NCBI RefSeq assembly: GCF_028641065.1
Contig: NC_073388.1
Coordinates: 24,304,001 to 24,368,000, forward strand
Origin: Leucoraja erinacea
Lineage: Eukaryota
Direction: 5' to 3'
DNA: 64,000 bases
Shown: in pieces, positions 1 through 11,200 of the stretch
Layout of the letters: each line of letters opens with the position of its first letter
How positions within the stretch are numbered: the stretch's first letter is position 1
Program-made: the position numbers and the translations under genes
The notes under the pieces: model-generated
Databases searched by the model: none
Told to the model about the DNA's origin: nothing
What the model saw: only the letters and a program-made list of their open reading frames with translations

Positions 1-642
1 TCCATCCATCTTCCCATCAACTCTGAACAGCTTCCCTGTCCCTGCTGAAGAAAAGCATCCACACAGCATGATGTTGCCACCACCATGTTTCACAGTGGGG
101 ATGGTGTGTTCAGGGTGATGTGCAGTGTTAGTTTTCCACCACACATAGTGTTTTGCATTTAGGCCAAAAACTTCAATTTTTGTCTCATCTGACCAGAGCA
201 CCTTCCTCCACATGTTTGCTGTGTCCCCCACATGGCTTGTGGCAAACTGCAAACGGGACTTCTTATGGCTTTTTTTCAACAATGGCTTTCTTCTTGCCAC
301 TCTTCCATAAAGGCCCGATTTGTGGAGTGCACGACTAATAGTTGTCCTGTGGACAGATTCTCCCACCTGAGCTGTGGATCTCTGCAGCTCTTTTAGAGTT
401 ACCATGGGCCTCTTGGCTGCTTCTCTGATCAATGCTCTCCTTGCCCGGCCTGTCAGTTTAGGTGGACGGCCATGTCTTGGTAGGTTTGCAGTTGTGCCAT
501 ACTCTTTCCATTTTCGGATGATGGATTGAACAGTGCTCCGTGAGATGTTCAATGCTTGGGATATTTTTTTATAACCTAACCCTGCTTTAAACTTCTCCAC
601 AACTTTATCCCTGACCGGTCTGGCGTGTTCCTTGGGCTTCAT
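1..642 (-). CDS. Tc1-family transposase, N-terminal 214 codons (open, runs off the window)
   Basis: Hand translation: MKPKEHARPVRDKVVEKFKAGLGYKKISQALNISRSTVQSIIRKWKEYGTTANLPRHGRPPKL...ARRKPLL...VLWSDETKIEVFG...TVKHGGGNIMLCGCFS...DGKMDG. It has a paired-like HTH, GRPPK and the first catalytic D. No stop or frameshift in 642 nt. Confidence 0.93.
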   Translation of the reverse strand, partial: MKPKEHARPVRDKVVEKFKAGLGYKKISQALNISRSTVQSIIRKWKEYGTTANLPRHGRPPKLTGRARRALIREAAKRPMVTLKELQRSTAQVGESVHRTTISRALHKSGLYGRVARRKPLLKKSHKKSRLQFATSHVGDTANMWRKVLWSDETKIEVFGLNAKHYVWWKTNTAHHPEHTIPTVKHGGGNIMLCGCFSSAGTGKLFRVDGKMDG

Positions 643-1011
643 GATGTTGTTTGTTCACTAATGTTCTCTAACAAACCTCTGAGGCCTTCACAGAACAGCT
701 GTATTTATACTGAGATTAGATTACACACAAGTGGACTCTATTTACTAATTAGGTGACTTCTGAAGGCAATTGGTTGCACTGGATTTTATTTAGGGGTATC
801 AGAGTAAAGGGGGTTGAATACTTTTGCACGCCACACTTTTCAGTTTTTTATTTGTAAAAAAATTTGAAAACCATGTATCATTTTCCTTCCACTTCACAAT
901 TATGTGCCACTTGGTGTAGGTCTATCACATAAAATCCCATTTACGTTTGTGGTTGTAACGTGACAAAATGTGGAAAAGTTCAAGGGGTATGAATACTTTT
1001 GCAAGCCACTG
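1..1011 (-). mobile_element. Tc1/mariner IR/DR-type DNA transposon (Passport/Eagle-like), truncated by the window edge
   Basis: The terminus reads CAGTGGCTTGCAAAAGTATTCATACCCC on the - strand from 1011, flanked by TA at 1012-1013. An inner direct repeat (GTGGCGTGCAAAAGTATTCAACCCC) lies at ~810-833, followed by the transposase ORF. Confidence 0.93.
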
Positions 1012-1153
1012 TAGATGAGGTTGGAGGAGATGCAGATGAACCTCCGTCGCACCTGGAACGACTGCTTGGGTCCTTGAATGGAGTCGATGGGGGAGGTTAA
1101 GGGACAAGTGTTGCATCTCTTGCGGCTGCAACGGAAAGTGCCCGGGGAGGGGC
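1012..1153 (-). mobile_element. Penelope-like element fragment (GIY-YIG region)
   Basis: Near reverse complement of ~5955-6097; interrupted by the Tc1 at a TA. Confidence 0.85.
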
Positions 1154-3949
1154 TGTTTTATTTTTCTTGTCTGGCTCTTTCTACCATCCACCTGCCTCTG
1201 CCTCCCAACTCCTTCCCTCCACATCCCCCCCAGCTGGCTCCACCCGGCCATCATCCCTAACCCCTCCTTAGAGCACTTCTCACCTACGCTCATTTCACCC
1301 CTACGATCATATTTTAAATTGGCTAATATTTATCTCCGCTCTTAGTCCTGCTGCAAGATCTCAACTCAAAAAATTACCAATTCTTTTATCCCCACAGATA
1401 CTGTTCGACCTTCTGAGTTCCTCCTGCAATTAGATTTTTTTTTGTTCTGGATTCCAACATCTGCAGTCTCTTGTAGTCCCTTCCTCTATACAGCCTTTCT
1501 GCACAATTCACATCAGAGCAAGCTCCCACGGATCACCCCCCGTTTCATCAACCCTCATCTCACAGTGACACAAGGTCACTCGTAGCCCGAGACGTGATAA
1601 GTGTAACCCATTCGGCAGTGGGTGTGAGAGAACAAAGTCCCGTGTTTCCTTCACTTCTATAACAGTTTTCCACGCAGCTGTTCTGTGGTGGCCATGGGGA
1701 GAGCACTTTAACATCCACTGCTCCTCTTAATGTTGCAGCAGCTACATGTTTTTTTAAGCAGCTTTTAGAGATTGTCTGCATAAATCTTGTTTCAGCACAT
1801 GATTTATATTCAAAATATCATAAAACTAATTTAATGAACGCTATTCCAATTTCATAGGTCCGCAGAGGACCGAGTGAGCGTTAGCTTTGTACATAGCTCA
1901 CGCTTGGTGCACCAAAAGAGGGTGACATTCAATTCTGAAGCAATTGCGTCACTATTTCATGAACCACTGATTCTCCTTCCAGCATTTCATTTATCTGTTG
2001 AATTGTCGCTTGGCTCCCTCCCCTGGCTCAACGTTCTATTACAACTGCAGGTATCCTTTCTACACAACCATGCAGAATTTTAACTCTTACATTTTCTCAC
2101 TGGTTGCAACGGATAATCCAACAAGCTGAGTGGAATCAGCACAAATTGTGAACAGCAAAGGTCATATGGCTCATGTCAGCTTACCTGTCCTGAATCCTAA
2201 CTCGAGTAGGCACCTTACTGCAATATTTCATCATCTGTGTTAAACTTGGAATCAGTGGTAGAGAAACACTTGCAATGTGATTCATACTGCTATTACTTAC
2301 AACAAAATTTGCCAATGGCTTGCAGCTAAAGAGGCATCCAAATTTTCTGGGAGCATTATTTACATAACTATTGGTGAAAGCATTGAAATAAAACATGTAA
2401 AAGAGACACAATCTACTAGGGCAGTCGAGTTTGACCTTTCAAAGATTCTCTTGAGTAAGTGCTTTTCAACAATGCTCTGAGACACAAACAAATCAAAAGG
2501 GAACATCTCCACTCTTCTACTTCTCCCCAATATTATTTCATAACAGTTGGGATAGAATTACCATCTGCTATCTGTACCAAGGGGCTGGCCTGCCCAGAAG
2601 AAAAAATCAGAACTGCAGAGACGAGGGCTCTGTTGCAAATAAAAAACAGAAAAAACACAGATGCCAAAGTTCTGAAATAAAAAATGAAAATGCGAGAAAT
2701 AGTCAGATCAGGCAGCAACTGTGGAAGGAGAAACAAAGTCAAAGTTTCAGGTCTAGGACTCTTCTGAGGACCTGAAGCATCAACTCTGTTTTTCTTTCCA
2801 TATCGGGTGCCTTATCTGCTGAGAGTATTGTAAGAAACCCTTGTGCCCCTCCACAGCAAGTTAGAAGTTAGGAGGAGGATTTTCCTCAGTGTGTTCCACA
2901 ATTTCTGAGACTGCTTCTCGGAACCAAGTGACACCAAGATCTGGTGGCAATTCTCTCATTGCAGAGACTGCAAACCAGAGCTATAAATTACATTGCTGAG
3001 TGATTTCATAGAACTTAATCCTCAGAGTGGAGTTGCACGTAGAAGGATAATTGCAGAGTCCCTGGATCCAGGGGTGGGTTGCCTACTGGTGAACGAATAC
3101 AAACCAGATCCCCTTCTGAATGTGGCGAGTCACATTACAGACACAATAGATTGAAACATTATTTTTATTTTTTACATTCAACAAAGATACAACAATTCAT
3201 CATTTTTGGAAAGGCAACAGGGATTATATATATATATATTTTTTAAACATGAACCATCTATAAAGATCTTAAGTGGAGAGTTACTGTTGAATACGTTGGG
3301 GAGACATCATTCACTGTGGCACAATTTTACCCAATGTTGAGAGTGAATTCACAGGGCTCGTCATCATCTTTACCCTTTTCACTTTGCACTCAAAACTAGT
3401 TTAAGTCACATGTAGATAGAGTCCAATTACCTGAGTGGAGAAAATAGCTATCAGAAAATCAGAAGGAAAAAGGAAACAGCTCACAGCAAAGCATTTCGAC
3501 TATTAACATAGAGCCATTTTTTACTTTTTCCAAAAATGTATCCTTACTAGCTTTTCTTGTTATTTCCCAGTTAACCACTGAGATATCCACTACGATTCTC
3601 AGCCTCAAATTCATGTTGACATTCTCCACGTGGTCCTAGACAATGAACAGCCTGATGCAGCACTCATCAGATGCACAGGCTCATACATACATTCCAGCTA
3701 CTGCTGAGAGGAAGAGCAGTGTGGTAATGTACAGCCATTAGCAACCTGCAGTGACTGCTCCCAGGGCTGCACAAGCACTACCAGACCAGTGTCTTGGGAG
3801 TAGCCATAATGGGGGAGGCTGTGTTAACGTGCATGTGCTTTGTTGAGGGTAAGTGCTGAGGCTTCGACTCATGAAGCTTTGGCAAGGAGGCGGGGTGGAG
3901 GGTGACAAGAAGATAAGGTCCGAGTTTTTTTTAATTGAAGAGATTGGTT

Positions 3950-4335
3950 GAAGACGACTTTTGGCATGCTGGCCTTCATCAGTCAGAGAATAAGTGTAGA
4001 AGTTGGAACATTATGTTATAGTTGCATAAGTCACTATTGAGACCACATTTGCGGTATTGCGTTCAGTTTTTGTCACCCTGTTATAGAAAAGATTATGCTA
4101 AGTTAGAAAGAATGCAGAGACGATTTACAAGGATGTTGCAGGGCATGAAGACCTGTGCTATAGTAAGAGGTTGGGCAGGAGAGGACTTCATTTCCTGGAG
4201 CACAGGAGACTGTGGTGTGATCTTATAAATGCCTGTTAGGTTATGAGGGGGAATAGATATTGTAAATGCAGTCTTTTATCCAGGTTTGGAAATCAAGAAC
4301 TAGAGGGCATAGGATTAAGTTGAGAGGGGAATTAA
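3950..4335 (+). mobile_element. CR1-type LINE 3' fragment (first part, continues at 5281-5530)
   Basis: Degenerate RT C-terminus LHKSLLRPHLRYCVQF..PCYRKD..KLERMQRRFTRML. Confidence 0.85.
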
Positions 4336-4336
4336 T

Positions 4337-5280
4337 TCGATACTCTATACTCATGACTGCGTAGCCGGTCACAGTGCGAACTCCATCATCAAGTTCGCTG
4401 ACGACACCATTGTTGTGGGATGTATCACTGATGGGGATGAGTCAGAATATAGAAGAGAGATCGAGCAACTGTCCATATGGTGCCAGCACAATAGCCTGGC
4501 CCTCAACACCAGCAAAACCAAGGAACTGATTGTGGACTTTGGAAGGAGTAGGATGGGGACCCACAGTCCTGTTTATATCAATGGGTCGATGGTTGAAAGG
4601 GTCAAGAGCTTCAAATTCCTGGGCGTGCACATCTCTGAAGATCTTTCCTGGTCCGAGAACACTAATGCAATTATCAAGAAAGCTCATCAGCGCCTCTACT
4701 TCCTGAGAAGACTACGGAGAGTCGGTTTGTCAAGGAGGACTCTCTCTAACTTCTACAGGTGCACAGTAGAGAGCATGCTGACCGGTTGCATCGTGGCTTG
4801 GTTCGGCAACTTGAGCGCCCTGGAAAGGAAAAGACTACAAAAAGTAGTAAACACTGCCCAGTCCATCATCGGCTCTGACCTTCCTTCCATCGAGGGGATT
4901 TATCGCAGTCGCTGCCTCAAAAAGGCTGGCAGTATCATCAAAGACCCACACCATCCTGGCCACACACTCATCTCCCTGCTACCTTCAGGTAGAAGGTACA
5001 GGAGCCTGAAGACTGCAACAACCAGGTTCAGGAATAGCTACTTCCCCACAGCCATCAGGCTATTAAACCTGGCTCGGACAAAACTTTGATTATTAATAAC
5101 CAATTATCTGTTATTTGCACTTTATCATTTTATTTATTCATGTGTGTATATATTTATATTACGGTATATAGACACATTGATCTGTTTTGTAGTAAATGCC
5201 TACTATGTTCTGTGTGCTGAAGCAAAGCAAGAATTTCATTGTCCTATCAGGGACACATGACAATAAACTCACTTGAACTT
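4337..5280 (+). mobile_element. Rex1/Babar-type LINE 3' portion inserted into the CR1
   Basis: RT motif KFADDT just upstream of the uninterrupted ORF 4415-5089 ([49 protein letters not shown]). 3' tail GACAATAAA plus a short repeat. Confidence 0.9.
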
Positions 5281-5530
5281 AATAAGAACTTGCGGGACAA
5301 CATTCTCACATATAGGGTCGTGGGTATATGTATCAAGCTGCAGAGGAAGTAGTTGCAGCAGACATAATAACAACATTAAAAAAAACATTTTACTGGTATA
5401 TGGATAAGAACGGTTTCGGGAGATATGGACCACATGCAAGAAAATGGGACTAGCTTAGATTGGCCATCTTTATCAGCATGGCAAACTTGGGCCAAAGGGC
5501 ACATTTCCATGCTCTCTGACTCTATGACTA
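5281..5530 (+). mobile_element. CR1-type LINE 3' end (continuation of 3950-4335)
   Basis: Resumes the CR1 3' sequence (ttctcaca..agggtcgtggg...gggccaaaggg...) and ends in a ctctatgact tail. Confidence 0.75.
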
Positions 5531-5634
5531 AATCTTAACTAACCTCCTTCCACCTAGATGAAGGATGCATGAGACCCAGTCTGTCCAATGATGGACTGAC
5601 AGTCAATGCATTGTCTAGTGAAGACAAATTTCTA

Positions 5635-6592
5635 TCTGAAATGTCCTCGCTCTTCAGGGAACAGGGATTCCCCTCCTCCACCATAGATGAGGCTCGCACC
5701 AGGGTCTCTTCCATACCCCGCAACGCTGCTCTCTCTCCCCATCCCCGCACTCGCAACAAGGGCAGAGTCCCCCTAGTCCTCACCTTTCACCCCACCAGCC
5801 GGCAAATACAACAAATAATCCTCCGCCATTTCCGCCACCTCCAACATGACCCCACCACTCACCACATCTTCCCATCTGCCCCCATGTCTGCCTTCCACAA
5901 AGACCGCTCCCTCCGAAACTCCCTTGTCAATTCTTCCCTTCCCTCTCGTACCAACCCCTCCCCGGGCACTTTCCGTTGCAACCGCAAGAAATGCAACACC
6001 TGTCCCTTCACCTCCCCCCTCGACTCCATTCAAGGACCCAAGCAGTCGTTCCAGGTGCGACAAAGGTTCACCTGTATCTCCTCCAACCTCATCTACTGCA
6101 AGCCGCTGTTCTAGATGTCAGCTGATCTACATCGGTGAGATTAAGCGGAGGTTGGGCGATCATTTCGCCGAACACCTCCGCTCAGTCCACAATAACTTAC
6201 CTGAACTCCCGGTGGCTCAGCACTTCAACTCCCCCTCCCATTCCCAATCCGACCTCTCTGTCCTGGGTCTCCTCCATTGCCAGAGTGAGCAACACCGGAA
6301 ATTGGAGGAACAGCACCTCATATTCCGCCTGGGTAGCTTGCGTCCTGATGGCATGAACATTGAATTCTCCCAATTTTGCTAGCCCTTGCTGTCTCCTCCC
6401 CTTCCTTAACCCTCAAGCTGTCTCCTCCCATCCCCCCGCCTCGGGCTCCTCCTCCTCTCTTTTTCCTTCCTTCTCCTCCCCCTCCACCCCCCATCAGTCT
6501 GAAGAAGTGTTTCGGCCCGAAACTTCACCCATTTCCTTCGCTCCATAGATGCTGCTGCGCCCGCTGAGTTTCTCCAGCATTTTTGCGTACCT
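5635..6592 (+). mobile_element. Penelope-like retroelement, 5'-truncated, with GIY-YIG endonuclease remnant and pseudo-LTR
   Basis: PLVLTFHP, CNRKKCNTCP, FTC.SSNLIYC and YIGE.KRRLGDHFAEH motifs, with one frameshift near 6100. Target-site duplication AAGACAAATTTCTA at 5621-5634 and 6593-6606. Confidence 0.92.
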
Positions 6593-7164
6593 AAGACAAA
6601 TTTCTAACTGGGAGTATGGGGCATTGTGATCAGGAGAGGCAAAGAGGCATGCTGTTGGATGCACCGCACTTGGATCATGCTAGAGAGGTTAACTGAAAGA
6701 CTAGGCTGCTGTAGAGGAACAACAAGGAGAGGAGAAATGTGGGGCAACCACTGTGTTAAGGGGTTGTCCCAATTCCCTTACCATTTATCTTGACTTTCCC
6801 CTCTACAAAATGAACTAAGCATTTTCAAAATAGTGAAACCATTGACATGAAGGTCAAAAGCAACTTGGGGATTCTTGTGCATAGATCAATTTAAAAAAAT
6901 GGGTCAGACAGCATGTCTGGAGAAAAGGAATAGGTGGCATTTCACAGTCGAGACCCTTCTTCAGACTGAAGCTCTCTTGTATTAGCAAAATAACCCAGCT
7001 GCTAACAGGCAACTGAATCATCCTACCGTGATCAGAGAGCACTGCTGAACTATCTACCTCTAATGTCCCACAGATTATCTTTGACCTGACTTTGCTAGCT
7101 TTACCTTGCACTAAAAGTTATTCACTTATCTTATACCTTTACACTGTAAATGGATTGATTGTCT

Positions 7165-7760
7165 GAATAGGATAGGAATAGGAATACTTTATTGTCACAT
7201 GTGACTAGGCACAGTGAGATTCTTTGCTTGCATGTACAATGTATACAAATAGCAGCCACCTACAGCACTGACAAATTTACGAAGCACGATGACTCCCCCT
7301 TGTTTCTCCCCCCCCCACCTACTACCTACCCCCCCCCCCCCCCCCCCCCCCCCCACACACACACACAGCGGTCCCTCCATGCCAAGTCCTCCATTGTTCT
7401 TCCCCTCCCCCTTCACAGCGGTCTCCCCATTGACCGTGGGTCGGCCTGCGAGGCATCGCCGCCGCCGCGAGGCTTCACCACCGCCCGAGGCTCCATCGTC
7501 ACGAGGGGTCACTGCTGTCGACACCCCACTTCACGCCTCCATGAGACTCAACTGACCCAGACTCTGACCCGCGAGGCCCCGGCCAGGCTCCGACCCAGGC
7601 TTCTACATGGCGATCCGGGAGGCATGGAGAGCGCGGCACCTCGATAAAGACCTCCGGCTGCGTTCCCAGTCCACAGCCATCGCCTGTGGAGATGGACTGG
7701 ATGGAAGGAGGTAATGAGCCTGTGATCAACTGGGCTGCAGGTTCAGGTGGTTAAGAGCAG
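7165..7760 (-). mobile_element. GC-rich non-autonomous retroelement with a Rex/Babar-like 3' tail
   Basis: The - strand 3' end is ...GTGACAATAAAGTATTCC(TATTCC)n; the body is GC-rich with a G/C tract. The 5' boundary is approximate. Confidence 0.55.
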
Positions 7761-8056
7761 AGCAGATGCCAAACCAGAAATGTATTGTCTTCCTGCTGAC
7801 TGGTTAGCACGCAACAAAGAGCTTTTATCTATACCGTTGCACATGTGACTATAAACTATACTGAACTGAACTGATGCCAAATCAACTGTTAATGTTAACT
7901 CTTGCATTCAGTTCGCCAGGCGCATTAAAAAGGCAGCTAATAACAGATGGTCAAGTTTAATCACCTACTTCTGTTCCCATGGCTCCCCTCGAGGACATCC
8001 ACACTTGGCGTCATTGATAGATTTTATCAGATGATTTAGTAGCAACAGGTTTCCTT

Positions 8057-8230
8057 TCACTGGACAATAATAAGGTTACTTCTCACCCTCTGTATGAACA
8101 GGTTTTTCCTGGTCATGGCCACAATAATCACACTCAGGCAAGTGGACAAGCCCAGCAGCTGCAGGAATGTTGGAACAGAGGGCAGGTGTCGCATCCAGAA
8201 AGTCATGGTCATCGGCTGAGTTGGAATTTC
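8057..8230 (-). CDS. MAO: MAO exon 15 (C-terminal membrane anchor, stop)
   Basis: [57 protein letters not shown]; TGA at 8059-8057. Confidence 0.94.
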   Translation of the reverse strand, partial: EIPTQPMTMTFWMRHLPSVPTFLQLLGLSTCLSVIIVAMTRKNLFIQRVRSNLIIVQ

Positions 8231-11200
8231 CTGAATGTAGACAATGAATAAGCTTTAATCCTTCCTGTTCAGCAACTCCATTTAATGGTTATTTTGTACA
8301 AATAATTGCTTTTATTATGTGTTATCATTGCCCCGTCTTCTACAGGTGCACAGTAGAGAGCATACCGACTGCTTGCATCGTGGCCTGGTTCGGCAACTTG
8401 AACGTCCAGGAGCGGAAAAGACTGCAAAAAGTTGTGACCACTGCCCAGTCCATCACCAGCTCTGACCTCCCCACCATCAAAGGGATCTAAAATAGTTGCT
8501 GCCTCAGAATGGCAGTCAACATCATCAAAGATGCACACCATCCTGGTCACACACTCATTTCACCATTACCATCGGGAAGAAGGTACAGGAGCCTGAAAAC
8601 TGTAACATCCAGGTTCAGGAACAGCTTCTTCCCTACAGCCAACACGACAACAAATACTGAAATACAACAGACTATTATTATTATTATTGTACTATATCTG
8701 TTTATTTATTGAGTATGTGTGCATGTGTATATACACACACTGAACTTTTTTTTCTCCCGTTATGTACTATGTTTACATATTCTGTTGTGCTGCAGCAGGG
8801 AGAAATTCCATTGTCCCATCTGGGACATATGACAATAAAACACTCTCGACTTTCTTGACTCTCTTGTTGGTAGAGGTCAAAGGTTAATTTATTTGAGAGA
8901 AACAGCATGGGAAAAGGCACACCGTGTCCACACTGACCATTGATCACTGATTCACACTCGTTCTATGTTATCGCACTTTCACTTCTACTCCCTACACACT
9001 CGAGGTAATTTACAGCAACTAATTAACCTACAAATCCGCACATCTTTAGGATGTGGGAAGAAACTGGAGCATCCAAAGGAAACCCATGTAGTCACAAGGG
9101 GAAGGCGCAAACTCTCCACAGACAGCGCCCTCCATGGATCACTGTGTATATTTACAGTTGGGAATATGTCCTTATGTCCCACAAGCTAAAGCACAGTTCA
9201 TTCCTACTCTCCAGATATACTAACGCTTATCACAGAAACCAGTCACTCAACTTCAAATCTGTTTTATTACTCAATCACCAGGCTGATTTAGTAACAGGTT
9301 GCTTACAGTTTTAGTTTAGGTTTCTCAGCACTTACTTGAACCTCAGGCTCGAGACTCCATATTGCTGCCTCTGGAATGATTCCCACTGCACACATTACCT
9401 GCAGATGGAACACGGGCTGAATGACAACATTGCTCAGCAATTATTCTCACACACAGATAGTTCAAACTGAACCAAACTTGAACTCGGATTCTATCTGTTC
9501 AGTGTCATCTCAGGGGAGAGTATAATGTTACACTCACTATTTTCACCTCCATGGACTTCTCATGTTTTACATGACTAACCCATGCTGAAATTACCACCAC
9601 TGCATACAGTTGTTCAGATGTGTTTGTTAGTGGGGAAATACACGATTTTTCAAGTTTAAAGCAGGATATAATTCTAATGAAAAACAACATTTGGACAATA
9701 CTTTGAACGGAACAGTATATTGATAAATATATACAAATAGAACATGCTGCAAATAATCAACATATCCATGGACCTTTCACTGCTGTTTCCGCTTCTCCGC
9801 TTCTCACTTCACAGAAGGCCTGCCACATTGCTCCAGCTTTTTCTTTTAAGTTTTAGGTCACCAGAATTTACAGTATTTGTCTATTACACTGGTGACAGTT
9901 CAAAACCAGTGCCCACAAGCACACTGATGCCACTCGCTTCTATCCTCTGTCAGCATTGATTTAGCCGATCCCAACAGCATGATCAGCTTCAACATCTCCA
10001 AATGTCCTTTCTCCTCTAAATAAGAAGTTAGTGTGGGCAGGCTATTCCAGTATGTTCTAATACATATTTAATTTGTCAGAGAAATATACAGAGGCTTGAC
10101 TGAAGTGAATCAATGGTTGGTGGGGGAGTCATTTCATGTAGGTCTCATTCCTGGTTTACCTCTCTGGCAGCACGTTCCCCAGCCCGTACCGCTCCATCCA
10201 TGTACCCACTCCACTTGGTAGCCGTTTCGGTGCCGGCAAAGTAGAGTCTCCCAAAAGGCTCTCGTAGAACTCTGCACATTGAAAGCAATGTGTATCAGTT
10301 AATTCATCAAACCAAGTCAGTTTATCTAATACTGAGTAGTCATCTCCTGTTTAGATCAGAATCTGAATACGTTGTCCCTCATTGAATTTTGTGCAACATG
10401 TGCTGTCCAAGTGTTTGACCTCACAGGCCACTGTGGAGCCTTGGGTCCTAAATAGAAAACACTAATGTTCATTAGTTTGTTTATATCGCCATCTGACGAT
10501 ATCAACAAATCTCAGTTAGAGATGCAGGAGTTGTCCACTGGGGAGGCAGCAGTGCTAAGAAAAGTCCTTTCCAAAATCCACTTGCCGGATCTCCTATTTG
10601 CCTCTGAGATTTGTAAGAGATATAGCCGGTAGAAACATAGAAACAAGGTGCAGGAGTAGGCCATTCAGCCCTTCGAGCCTGCACCGCCATTCAATATGAT
10701 CATGGCTGATCATCCAACTCAGTATCCTGTACCTGCCTTCAAGGCACCTACCACAAGGCCTTAAAGATACCACCAAAAATGTCTTCCATTTTCACTGGAA
10801 GAATGTGAAGAAAGGTCGGTGTCCACTCCCAGCTCGACATCCCACACATGAGCCTCTAGTTACACTCAGTCATATTGGCAGGCCCAGCACCAGACTCCCA
10901 ATCCAGGCACTCTGTCCTCATCTCCATAACTGGAAGAGTTATCCAACAGACAAACAAAAAGATTCAAGGACGCACATAAAGTCTACTTAAAAAATACAAA
11001 CTCCTCCTAGAATCCCAGGCCCATAACCATTATTCCAGATGGAATGGAAAGCCTAGTGTCCATGTATTGGGAGCTCATTGAAGTCCAACACAGTGATGGA
11101 AGGTGTGCACCATCACACAAATTATCCACCTGCGCTTGTCATCAGTGGAAGAGTCTGTGGCTCCTACAATAGTCACCTCAGAAAACCCAAAACTGGAGTG

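Noticed and set aside
1850-2600. Possible minus-strand exons (donor CAG|GTAAGC at ~2184, acceptor at ~1935, short exon at ~2562-2590) and a faint nucleotide resemblance to VBP1 near 2440-2480
   Set aside because: No sustained homology in any frame and stops interrupt the alternatives. It cannot be supported as a gene.
3570-3854. Plus-strand exon-like segment (pyrimidine tract + CAG, donor GG|GTAAGT)
   Set aside because: All three frames contain stops and no protein was recognised; at most a non-coding exon.
7188-7193. TE-donated AATAAA as the MAO polyadenylation signal
   Set aside because: A nearer ATTAAA exists at 7961-7956(-); the choice cannot be made without 3'-end data.
10175-10185. 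Suspected frameshift in MAO exon 13 at AGERAARE
   Set aside because: Recounting the C run (four C) gives GGG GAA CGT; the exon is 112 nt and in frame.
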